35,528 bases of DNA from assembly GCA_009886115.1 (NCBI GenBank), contig VFJJ01000062.1:1-35528 (forward strand), read 5' to 3'. Positions 25,169 through 35,528 of this stretch are shown piece by piece. Position numbers and translations under genes: made by a program. The notes beneath the pieces are model-generated. The model was given only the letters and a program-made list of their open reading frames with translations, had not been told where the DNA came from and did not search any database. The stretch's first letter is position 1. The number at the start of each line of letters is the position of its first letter. The DNA is from Actinomycetota bacterium. Its GTDB lineage: Bacteria > Actinomycetota > Acidimicrobiia > IMCC26256 > VFJJ01.

Positions 25169-27447
25169 ATGGACGACCTCCTCGCCTACGGCGTGCTCGG
25201 CATCTGCCTCGGCTCGATCTACGCGATCGCCGCCACGGGGTTGGTCGTCACGTACAGCACGTCGGGCATCTTCAACTTCGCGCACGGCGCCGTGGGCATG
25301 CTGAGCGCCATCTTCTACTGGCAGCTCCGGTTCGGCTGGGATCTCCCGGCACCCATCGCCCTCATCGGCACGATCCTCATCTTCGCTCCCCTCGTCGGAG
25401 CCCTGCTCGAGCTCCTGATCATGCGGGGTCTGCACGGGACGTCCGAGATCACCCAGCTCGTGATCCCGATCGCCGTGCTCTTGGCCATCAACGGCCTGGC
25501 CACGTGGGTGTGGTTCCGCGACAGCAACGTCGCCCGTCTCCCCACGCGGTTCTTCGGTGACGACAAGTACGTCGAGATCTTCGGGCAGGCCGTCTTCTGG
25601 CATCAGATCATCGCCGTGATCCTGGCCGTCATCATCGCCGGGGCGCTGTATGTCCTGCTGTACCGGACCCGTCTCGGCGTCACCATGCGGGCGACGGTCG
25701 ACGACCGCAACCTGCTCATGATGAACGGCGGTCGTCCCGACCGCATGAGCCTGGCCAGTTGGGCCATCGGTTCGTCCATGGCGGGCCTCGCCGGCGTGCT
25801 GCTCGCCCCGAACCTCGGTGCCCTGCAGGTGCTGGCGCTCACCCTGCTCGTGTTCGACACCTACCCCGCAGCAATCGTGGGCCGGTTGCGCAGCGTGCCG
25901 TTGGCGTACCTGGGAGGCATCGCCTTCGGGTTGGCCAAGTCGTACTGGGACAAGATCTCGCTCACCAGCAACGGTCCCCGGTGGGACGCCTTCGCCAACC
26001 TGCGCATCGCCCTTCCCGCGGTGTTGCTGTTCGTCGCCCTCCTCGTGCTGCCCACCGAACGGCTGCGCGGCGCGGTGGTCACACGCACCCGAGAGCGCTT
26101 CCATGTGCCGACGATGAAGCAGGCCCTCGTGTGGGGGGCCGTGCTGATCGGTGTGGTCGCGATGATGCAGGCGCTCATGGTGAACTCGGCCGTCATCACC
26201 TTGTCCAACGGCATCGCGCTGGCGCTCATGGCCCTGCCCCTGGTGCTGTTGACGGGCTACGCGGGCCAGCCCAGCCTGGCGGCCTACTCGTTCGCCGGTA
26301 TCGCGGTCATCGCCGCCTGGCAGTGGGACGTCGGCCCGGGAGGCCAGGCCACCAAAGAGAGCCTGACGGTCGTGGCCATCATCGTGGCCATGGCCGTGTG
26401 CGCGGTCGTCGGCGGTCTCATCGCCCTTCCCGCACTCCGACTCAAGGGGCTGTATCTCGGTCTGGCCACGTTCGCCTTCGCCATCATCGTCGACCAGCTG
26501 GTGCTCCGTCAGCAGGACCCGATCGGCGTGAACTTCTTCGGGCTCGATTTCGACATCAACTTCTTCACCGACTCCACGTTCACCGTGCCCCGACCCAACT
26601 GGTTCGGTGTCGACTTCCTGGCCAGCCAGCGCAACTACCTCATGCTGATGACGGTGTTCTTCGCGCTGATCGGGGTCGGGCTCATCGCCATCCGTCGGTC
26701 GGCGTTCGGTCGCTCGATCGTGGCCATGAAGGACAGCCCCGCAGCCTGCGCCACCCTCGGGCTCGACGTCACCCGGCTCAAGCTCACGGTGTTCATGCTG
26801 GCGTCGGCGCTCGCCGGTCTGGGTGGGTTGTTGTGGACCGCCCAGCAGCGGACCGTCAACAACAACGGAACGTTCGACGTGTTCCTCAGCCTGGCCCTGT
26901 TCATGATCGCCGTCGTCGGCGGTATCGGGTACGTGAGCGGCGCGCTCCTCGCCGGGATCTTCCTGTCGGTGCTCAGCGTGGTCTTCCCGAACATCCTCGA
27001 CATGCTCGGCGAAGAGCTGCCCGGGCTGCACTGGTTCTTCGTCGACGGCCTCGGCAACTTCACCAAGTACCTCGGCCCGGCCCTCATCGGTATCGGCCTG
27101 GGCAAGAATCCCAGCGGTATCGCCCAGCAGATGATGGACGGGTTCCGTCCCCTCGCCAAGGCCCCCAAGGCCGTGGCCACCTGGGCCGGGGCCATCGTGG
27201 TGATCTGGTTCCTCGCCTGGCAGGACGTGATCGGCAACTGGACCTTCACGTTGATCGTGATGGCGTCAGCGTTCACCGTGCCCGGCATCATCATGCGAGC
27301 GAACCGGGAGCGCTTCGCTACCGAACTGGCCGTCCTCGACGGGCCCGACCTCGACCGGCTCGGTCTCGACTCCCCGCTCACCATCAGCGACCGCGACACC
27401 TTCGACGCCGCGCTCAGGATGCCGGCTCTCCCCTGGGTGGTGCAGCA

Positions 27448-27451
<4 letters not shown>
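25169..27451 (+). CDS. Fused LivH-LivM-type ABC permease
   Basis: GSIYAIAATGLVVTYSTSGIFNFAHGA (LivH-like); LLTGYAGQPSL, PALRLKGLYLGLATFAF and SAFGRSIVAMKDS (LivM-like); many hydrophobic segments. Confidence 0.92.
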
Positions 27452-29033
<1,582 letters not shown>

Positions 29034-29037
<4 letters not shown>

Positions 29038-29381
29038 CGAGTCAAGACCGGATCGAGCAGTTCAAGGCCGAGGTCGCCGACCTCAAGCTCAAGACCTCGA
29101 CGGGAGGCAGCGAGAAGGCCGCGGGCAAGGCGGGGACCATCTTCATGTTCCTCGCCGTGATCGTGGGCTTCGGGGCCTACGTCCAGTCGACGAGCGCCGA
29201 GAACGCACTCGATCAGAACGAGCTCATCATCTTGACGCTGGCGTGTGTGGCCTTGGCCGTGGTCGGAGCGGCGCTGTACCTCGCGACCAAGATGATCAGC
29301 TTCTGGCGCTTCTGGATGCTCCGCCAGATGTACGAGCACCAGGCCCACCTCGATCAGCTCTCTGAGCGCGTCGGCCCCTGA
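29034..29381 (+). CDS. Small two-TM hypothetical membrane protein coupled to the ATPase gene
   Basis: ATGA overlap; MTSQDRIEQFKAEVADLKL..., two hydrophobic helices, C-terminal RFWMLRQMYE; typical GC3-rich codon usage. Confidence 0.78.
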
Positions 29382-29468
29382 ACGAGCACCCCTGATCGTC
29401 GAGTCCAAGCGGTACTCGTAGCGGCCCGGTCCCGGAGCTCCCGAGCTGAGGCTCACGGCCCGAGCTTC

Positions 29469-29517
29469 TTGCGCCCCAAAGAATCCTCCACCAGACTCCC
29501 CAACGTGACATTCGTCG
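29469..29517 (+). promoter_or_regulatory. Putative promoter/operator upstream of SBP2
   Basis: TTGCGC (29469)-N17-CAGACT (29492); TGAC-attc-GTCG (29506-29517). Confidence 0.6.
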
Positions 29518-29595
29518 CAGTCGATCGGGAACGATCAGCAGCGACGAAGGCACCGGTTCGACTGCACGATCGCAGTCACGTTGAGGGGGAGTCGG

Positions 29596-31059
29596 ATGAC
29601 ACGGTTCAAGTGGCTCGCGGCAGTGCTCGCACTGGGGATGCTCGCCGCGGCGTGCGGCCGCGACGACGATGACGACGCGGCGGCGCCCGAGACGACCGCG
29701 GCGGCGCCCGAGACGACCGCGGCGGCGCCCGAGACCACGACGGCACCGGCGCCGGGCGGCGACACGACGACGACGGGGGCCGAGGCGACCACCACCGCCG
29801 CACCCGCCGACCCGTGCGACGGCGTGGCGCTCGAGGCCACCGAGATCGGTGTGAGCGAAGACACCATCACCATCCTCGTGATGGCTGACGTGGGCTCGCC
29901 GCTCGCGCCCGGGCTCTTCCAGGGCTCGATCGACGGCGTGAAGGCCTGGGCCGAGTACACCAACGCCAACGGCGGCTTGGCCTGCAGGCAGGTGGAGGTG
30001 GTCGAGGCCGACAGCCAACTCAACCCCACCGAGACCACCAACGGGTACCTCAAGGCCTGTGACGAGGCGCTGGCAATGGTCGGCTCGACCGCGCTGTTCG
30101 TCACCGAGGTGGTGGACGCGACCACCTGTCCCGATCAGGCCGGCGAGCCGACGGGGATCCCCGACATCGCCGAGCGGGCCGTCTCGGCCGCGCACCAGTG
30201 CGCGCCGACCACCTTCTCGATGTCGGGCATCGGCGGCTCGTGCCCCTTCGCCGGCAACGCGCCCCGCGACTACACGCTCAACATGGGCTTCCACCAGTAC
30301 ATGCAGGAGCTGGCAGGTGAACCGCTGCACGGTGTGGTGCTGATCCCGGCTGACCTCCCCTCGACGATCGAGTCGACGATGCCGACGGCCCAGTTGCTGA
30401 CCGAGATGGGCGTCACGCTCGACGGCCGATTCGGCGTCAGCGGGAGAGCCGACCAGGCGACGTACGCGCCGTACGTGTTGACGATGGCGCAGGCAGAATC
30501 GAACTACGCGGTGACGATCTCGAACGACCAGTCGATGATCAAGTGGCGCAACGAGGCGCTGGTCCAGGGCGTCGACGTGCCGTACTGGACCTGCTCGCTG
30601 GCCTGCTACACCGAAGCCTTCCTGGAGGCCGGTGAGATCGTCGAGGGCACCTACCTCTGGATGTCGTTCCTTCCGTTCGAGGAGGCCGACACCAACGAGG
30701 AGTTGGGCCACTACGTCGACACCGTCGACGAGCCCGTGTCCTGGGGGGCAGGGGCCTGGTCGGCTGGCGCGCTGCTGAAGCAGGTCGTCGACGACATCGT
30801 CGCCGCCGACGGTCCCAACGCCATCACGAGGTCGGCTGTGCTCGAGGGCCTGCGCGCTACCGAGACCTTCGACGCCAACGGGTGGTTCGGGACGCTCGAC
30901 TTCGTGAACCGCGTGCCGTCCGGATGCTTCGTGGTGCTCCAGGCCCAGGGCGGCGAGTTCGTCCGGGTGCACCCCGAGGAGCGCGGCACCCTCGACTGCG
31001 AGGCCGACAACCTGGCATCCCTCGAGGGCTACGACTCAGCGGCGGAGTTCGTCAACTGA
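29596..31059 (+). CDS. ABC transporter substrate-binding lipoprotein 2
   Basis: Lipobox LAAA-C; (AAAPETT)x3 linker; IGVSEDTITI, NANGGLACRQV; gagggggag RBS. Confidence 0.88.
   Translation: MTRFKWLAAVLALGMLAAACGRDDDDDAAAPETTAAAPETTAAAPETTTAPAPGGDTTTTGAEATTTAAPADPCDGVALEATEIGVSEDTITILVMADVGSPLAPGLFQGSIDGVKAWAEYTNANGGLACRQVEVVEADSQLNPTETTNGYLKACDEALAMVGSTALFVTEVVDATTCPDQAGEPTGIPDIAERAVSAAHQCAPTTFSMSGIGGSCPFAGNAPRDYTLNMGFHQYMQELAGEPLHGVVLIPADLPSTIESTMPTAQLLTEMGVTLDGRFGVSGRADQATYAPYVLTMAQAESNYAVTISNDQSMIKWRNEALVQGVDVPYWTCSLACYTEAFLEAGEIVEGTYLWMSFLPFEEADTNEELGHYVDTVDEPVSWGAGAWSAGALLKQVVDDIVAADGPNAITRSAVLEGLRATETFDANGWFGTLDFVNRVPSGCFVVLQAQGGEFVRVHPEERGTLDCEADNLASLEGYDSAAEFVN
29677..29739 (+). repeat. 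21-bp tandem repeat x3 (AAAPETT) in the SBP2 linker
   Basis: gcggcggcgcccgagacgacc repeated; the third copy differs at its end. Confidence 0.8.
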
Positions 31060-31080
31060 CGCCCTTCCCGTGCAGCACCA

Positions 31081-31116
31081 CGCTCGTCTGGTGCGCAACC
31101 GCGCACCAGACGGGCG
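31081..31116 (+). terminator. Hairpin between SBP2 and SBP3
   Basis: cgctcgtctggtgcgc-aacc-gcgcaccagacgggcg; 16-bp stem with one G-U pair. Confidence 0.7.
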
Positions 31117-31118
31117 TG

Positions 31119-31169
31119 TTGCGCCCCGGGCAACGCTCCAGCAAACTCTGGCCTCGTGACTTTCGTCAC
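31119..31169 (+). promoter_or_regulatory. Putative promoter/operator upstream of SBP3
   Basis: TTGCGC (31119)-N17-CAAACT (31142); GTGAC-tttc-GTCAC (31156-31169). Confidence 0.6.
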
Positions 31170-31239
31170 AGCCGATCGGATCAGCCGATCGGCGGCGATC
31201 GCCACGGGGACCGACATTCGTTTCGACCGAGGGGGCTCG

Positions 31240-32727
31240 ATGAGAAGGCTGCGATGGCTGGCTGCGTTGCTGGCACTGGGAATGATCGCTGCGGCGTGCG
31301 GCCGCGACGACGATGACACCACGGCAGCGCCCGAGACCACGACGGCGCCCGCCGAGGTGACCACGGCGCCGCCCGCCGAGGCCACGACCACCGTGGGTGG
31401 GGCCGAGCCGGCAACGACCGCGGCGACCGAGCCGGTACCGGCCGATCCGTGCGAAGGCGTCACGCTCGAGGCCACCGAGATCGGCGTGAGCGAAGACACC
31501 ATCACGATCACGGTCATGGCCGACACGGGCTCGCCGCTCGCGCCGGGGCTGTTCCAGGGCTCGATCGACGCCGTCATCGGCTGGGCCGAGCAGATCAACG
31601 AGAACGGTGGCCTGGCCTGCCGTGAGGTGAAGGTGGAGGAAGCCGACTCCCAGATCAACCCCACCGAGACCGTCAACGGCTTCCTCAAGGGCTGTGAGAC
31701 CTCGCTGGCCATGGTGGGCACGAACGCCCTGTTCGCCATCGACGTGAACGACCTCCAGACCTGCCCCGACGCCAACGGTGACGCGACCGGCATCCCCGAC
31801 ATCGCCGGTCTCTCGGTCGCTCCGGCCCAGGCGTGCTCCACGGTCACCTACGCCGCCCAGCTCGGCACGGGCAGCTGCCCCTACTCCGGAAATGGCCCAC
31901 GCGACTACTCGGGCTCGGGCACGGGAATCATCGCTTTCCCGTATGTGGTCGAGAACTTCGGCGAGGGTGCGGGGGCGAAGGTGATCGGCCTCACGGCGGC
32001 CGACATCCCGAGCACCAAGGAATCATCGATGGCCTCGCTGAAGCAGGGGGTCGACGCGGCCGGCGCCACGCTCGAGGCGTACTTCCCCATCTCGGGGCGC
32101 GACGACCAGTCGACGTACGCCCCGTACATCCAGCGCCAGATCGACTCGGGTGCAACGGTCTTCTATCCGAACAGCAACGACCAGGCGATGATCAAGTGGC
32201 ACAACGAGGCGGCGGCCCAGGGCCTTGATGCGCAGTCGATCCTCCGGTACTGCAGCCTCTCGTGCTACACGGAGGCCTTCCGTGACGCTGGCGACGTCGT
32301 GGCCGGGGTCTACATCGGCATGAACTTCCTGCCCTTCGAGGAGTCCGAAGCCAACGAGAACCTCGCGAGCTACATCGCGGCGGTCGACGAGCCGGTCGGC
32401 TTCGGAGCCAACTCGTGGGCGGCCGCGCTGCTGTTCCAGCAGGTCGTCGAGGACATCGTGGCCGCCGACGGTCCCAACGCCCTCACCAGGGCTCGGGTGC
32501 TCGAGCAGCTCGCCACGGTGGAGAGCTTCGATGCCGGGGGGATGTTCGGCCCGGTCAACATCGGAGAGCGCATCGGCTCGCCGTGCTTCATCATCCTCCA
32601 GTTCGACGGCTCGGACTTCGTGAGGGTCCACCCCGAGGAGCCCGGCACGTTCGATTGCGACGCGACGATCCCCGAGACGCTCGTGGGCTTCGACGCCATC
32701 GCCTACCACGACGCCAACGCCGGCTAA
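31240..32727 (+). CDS. ABC transporter substrate-binding lipoprotein 3 (paralog of SBP2)
   Basis: Lipobox IAAA-C; PADPCEGVTLEATEIGVSEDTITI nearly identical to SBP2; gaggggg RBS before ATG 31240. Confidence 0.88.
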   Translation: MRRLRWLAALLALGMIAAACGRDDDDTTAAPETTTAPAEVTTAPPAEATTTVGGAEPATTAATEPVPADPCEGVTLEATEIGVSEDTITITVMADTGSPLAPGLFQGSIDAVIGWAEQINENGGLACREVKVEEADSQINPTETVNGFLKGCETSLAMVGTNALFAIDVNDLQTCPDANGDATGIPDIAGLSVAPAQACSTVTYAAQLGTGSCPYSGNGPRDYSGSGTGIIAFPYVVENFGEGAGAKVIGLTAADIPSTKESSMASLKQGVDAAGATLEAYFPISGRDDQSTYAPYIQRQIDSGATVFYPNSNDQAMIKWHNEAAAQGLDAQSILRYCSLSCYTEAFRDAGDVVAGVYIGMNFLPFEESEANENLASYIAAVDEPVGFGANSWAAALLFQQVVEDIVAADGPNALTRARVLEQLATVESFDAGGMFGPVNIGERIGSPCFIILQFDGSDFVRVHPEEPGTFDCDATIPETLVGFDAIAYHDANAG

Positions 32728-32745
32728 GGGTTCACCGCATCCTGC

Positions 32746-32780
32746 CGATCGAGGGGGAAGGTTCCCGTCCCCCTCGATCG
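32746..32780 (+). terminator. Hairpin after SBP3
   Basis: cgatcgaggggga-N9-tccccctcgatcg; 13-bp perfect stem. Confidence 0.7.
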
Positions 32781-32832
32781 CACGATGTCGACGGATCCGA
32801 TCAGTTCCTTCGAGAGAGGTGAAGGGGAACCT

Positions 32833-35076
32833 GTGAAACGCTCGGTGGGACTGGCGCTCGGGCTCGGCACGCTCTTCCTCGTGTTCGTCTCGTGGAAGTA
32901 CTGGGCCGGCTACGACGTGACCGGCGACCGGATGCTCACGACCCTGGTCATCGGCATCGCCCTCGCTGCCATCTACGCGATGTATGCGACCGGCCTCGTC
33001 GTCGTCTACACCACGACCGGGATCTTCAACTTCGCCCAGGGTGCCGTGGGTGCGTTCGGGGCTTTCTTCTACTGGGAGCTCCACGTCAACCGGGGCTGGC
33101 CCACCCTCGTGTCGATCCTCGTGGTCGTGGGCGTCGTCGCCCCGCTCATCGGCGTGGTCCTCGACGTCGTGATCATGCGCAAGCTCCAGGGCGCCCCGCT
33201 GGTCATCCAGCTCATGGTTACCGTGGGTCTTATGCTCTTTTTCTTGGGCGTCACGGCCAACATCTGGAAGCCCACCGAGGCCCGCAGCATTACCGCCTTC
33301 TACCATCCCGATGGCTTCGACCTGGGCCCGATCGTCGTCACCTGGCACCGGCTGATCACGGTGATCATCGCCATCGCCGTCGCGTTTGGGCTGCGGATTC
33401 TCCTGTATAAGACCCGCCTCGGCGTCGGGATGCGGGCCGTGGTCGACAACCGGGGCCTGGCTGCGCTGAACGGGGCCAGGCCGGGGCTGATCTCGGCCAC
33501 GGCCTGGGCCATCGGCTGCGGGTTGGCCGCGCTGGCTGGCATCCTCATCGCTCCGGGCCAGGAGTTCAACCCCGAGAACCTCAACATCATCATCATCATC
33601 GCGTTCGCTGCCGCGGCCTTCGGTCAGCTCAAGAGCCTGCCGCTCACGCTCGTGGGCTGCCTCGTGCTCGGCGTGACCCGGGCCTACAACCAGCAGTTCC
33701 TCCAGTTCGGGTCCGACTTCCCCAAATCCAACGACGCCATCGCGCCGATCCTCTTGTTCATCGTCGTGCTCGCCTTGCCCCAGGCCCGGTTGGAGGTGGG
33801 TCGGGTCGTCCGCAACGTCCGCCGCGTCGAGCGCCACACCCATTGGTGGGAAGCGATCATCGGCATGATCGTGCTCTTCGCGATCGTGTACCTGTGGAGC
33901 GACGGTTGGGGTCAAGTCACCCAGAACCGCTGGACGCTGGCGATGTACACGGCGATCATCGTGCTGTCGCTGGTGCCGCTCACAGGCTGGGCCGGTCAGG
34001 TCAACTTCGCCCCTCTCGCCTTCGCCGGATTCGGCGCCTTCTTGTTCCAGAAGCTCGCCGGTGACGGCAGCAACGCCCTCTGGCTCTTCGTCGTGGCCGT
34101 GCTGTGCGCTCCCCTGGGGGCGCTGGTCGCGCTCCCTGCGTCACGACTCAAAGGCTTGTATCTCGGCTTGGCCTCAATGGCCTTCGCCCATGGGATGGCC
34201 GTTCTGTTCTTCCCCCATCCAGACGTGTTCGAGGAGTCGTCGGGGAAGGAGGCCTTCGCCGACCTACGGCTCTTCGGCCATGTCTTTGACCAGCGCCGCG
34301 AATATCTGCTGTTCCTCGTGATCGTGTTCGGGCTCATCCTCATCGGCCTCGTGAAGCTACGCACGTCACGGTTCGGTCGACGATGGGTGGCCCTCAACGA
34401 CAGTCCTGCCGCGTCGGCGACCATCGGCATCAACGTGCGGGAGACAACTATTCTCGTATACGCCATCTCCGCGGCCATCGCCGGCTTCGGCGGCGCGCTC
34501 ATGGCCATCTCGCGAGGCACCGTCAACGAGCTCGACTACGACGTGATCCTGGGCCTGCCGTACGTGTTGCTCGCGGCAGTCGGCGGTATCGCCTACCCCA
34601 TCGCTGCGCTTTTCGCCGGTGTGAGCACGGTGTTGTTCTTCTTCATCCAGGACAAATGGGAGTACGCCATCTTCGCTGCCCTCCCGGTGGTCGGCCCGGG
34701 ACTCATGGCCATTGGGATGGTCGCCAACCAGCGCGGCGCGGTGTACGAGATGGGCCGGGGCTTCGCCGGCATCCTCCCGTGGCGCTCAGACGCCCGCGAG
34801 GAGGTCTCCCGCGAGAACGCCATGAAGCGCGAGCCCGAGATCGGCGATCTGGGGCTCACCCGCGAGTTCACGAACGACGCCGTGATCCTGCTCGACCGTC
34901 AGCTCGGGATCATCGAGGACGTCGCCGTTCCCGGCGGCTACGGCCGATGGCGCCCGTCTTCGAGCCGTTCGACCGTCGTCGACCTCGAGACGCGACCCGG
35001 TCTGCGCAACGGGTCCAGCAATGGGCAAGGCGGCAACGACACGAGCCTCGAGGAGGTCGGCCATGGCGCTCCTTGA
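32833..35076 (+). CDS. Second fused LivH-LivM-type ABC permease
   Basis: YAMYATGLVVVYTTTGIFNFAQGA; LTGWAGQVNF; PASRLKGLYLGLASMAF; SRFGRRWVALNDS. GTG 32833 has a gaagggg RBS; alternative ATG at 32785. Confidence 0.9.
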   Translation: MKRSVGLALGLGTLFLVFVSWKYWAGYDVTGDRMLTTLVIGIALAAIYAMYATGLVVVYTTTGIFNFAQGAVGAFGAFFYWELHVNRGWPTLVSILVVVGVVAPLIGVVLDVVIMRKLQGAPLVIQLMVTVGLMLFFLGVTANIWKPTEARSITAFYHPDGFDLGPIVVTWHRLITVIIAIAVAFGLRILLYKTRLGVGMRAVVDNRGLAALNGARPGLISATAWAIGCGLAALAGILIAPGQEFNPENLNIIIIIAFAAAAFGQLKSLPLTLVGCLVLGVTRAYNQQFLQFGSDFPKSNDAIAPILLFIVVLALPQARLEVGRVVRNVRRVERHTHWWEAIIGMIVLFAIVYLWSDGWGQVTQNRWTLAMYTAIIVLSLVPLTGWAGQVNFAPLAFAGFGAFLFQKLAGDGSNALWLFVVAVLCAPLGALVALPASRLKGLYLGLASMAFAHGMAVLFFPHPDVFEESSGKEAFADLRLFGHVFDQRREYLLFLVIVFGLILIGLVKLRTSRFGRRWVALNDSPAASATIGINVRETTILVYAISAAIAGFGGALMAISRGTVNELDYDVILGLPYVLLAAVGGIAYPIAALFAGVSTVLFFFIQDKWEYAIFAALPVVGPGLMAIGMVANQRGAVYEMGRGFAGILPWRSDAREEVSRENAMKREPEIGDLGLTREFTNDAVILLDRQLGIIEDVAVPGGYGRWRPSSSRSTVVDLETRPGLRNGSSNGQGGNDTSLEEVGHGAP

Positions 35077-35528
35077 GGCTCGCGACATCACGATGCGCTT
35101 CGGCGGGGTCCAGGCGCTCACCGACGCGGCCGTCAGCGTCGAGCCGGCCACGATCACCGGGCTCATCGGTCCCAATGGGGCCGGCAAGACCACGCTGTTC
35201 AACGTGGTCACCGGGCTCCTGCCGCCCACCGCAGGTCGGGTCATGCTCGACGGCAACGACATCACCGGGCTCGGCGTGCACACACGGGCTCGGCGCGGGA
35301 TCGCCCGCACCTTCCAGCGCCTGGAGGCGTTCAACCGGCTCTCCGCGCTCGACAACGTGCTCGTGGCAGCCGAGGCCCGCCGCCGCTGGGACCGCAGCGG
35401 CCCCCATCCCCGCACGGCTGCCGCCGAGATCCTCGAGCGGGTCGGGATCGCCGACATCGCCGACGTGACCGTGGGGACGCTTCCGACTGGTACGGCCCGC
35501 CTCGTCGAGGTGGCCCGGGCGCTGGCCA
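35063..35528 (+). CDS. LivG-type ABC ATP-binding protein, truncated by the window end
   Basis: aggagg RBS; MALLEARDITMRFGGVQAL..GLIGPNGAGKTTLFN..GIARTFQRLE..LPTGTARLVEVARALA. Confidence 0.9.
   Translation, partial: MALLEARDITMRFGGVQALTDAAVSVEPATITGLIGPNGAGKTTLFNVVTGLLPPTAGRVMLDGNDITGLGVHTRARRGIARTFQRLEAFNRLSALDNVLVAAEARRRWDRSGPHPRTAAAEILERVGIADIADVTVGTLPTGTARLVEVARALA

Noticed and set aside
25759..27447. N-terminal half of the 1092-aa ORF (apparent giant ATPase fusion)
   Set aside because: Out-of-frame overlap with the permease; the ATPase starts at GTG 27448.

Overview
A high-GC, actinobacterial-looking genomic window; gene content resembles Acidimicrobiia/Frankia-like organisms (inference). 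From left to right: (i) a minus-strand conservon-type (CvnA-like) sensor histidine kinase that runs off the left edge and is missing from the ORF track; (ii) an exported thioredoxin-NHL lipoprotein of NHLRC2/SOQ1 architecture; (iii) a frameshifted remnant of a MacB/FtsX permease beside a perfect 21-bp palindrome; (iv) a divergent alpha/beta-hydrolase and MBL-hydrolase pair; (v) a translationally coupled biosynthetic unit. This unit comprises an NRPS (formyltransferase, degenerate C-like region, Gly-type A domain interrupted by a luciferase-like monooxygenase, PCP), a type I PKS (KS, AT, KR with a DH apparently inserted inside it, carrier, TE) and a PPTase, followed by two double-hotdog thioesterases. 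Then come (vi) an SDR and LMW-PTP-family pair on the minus strand, and (vii) two adjacent HAAT/LIV-type ABC importer sets. These include three Cys-rich substrate-binding lipoproteins, fused LivH-LivM permeases, a fused LivG-LivF ATPase and a small coupled membrane protein. All three binding-protein genes share a promoter/operator signature, TTGCGC-N17/18-CA(G/A)ACT followed by TGAC-N4-GTC(A/G). I saw no tRNA, rRNA, CRISPR array or transposase. All calls come from motif reading by eye; no searches were run.
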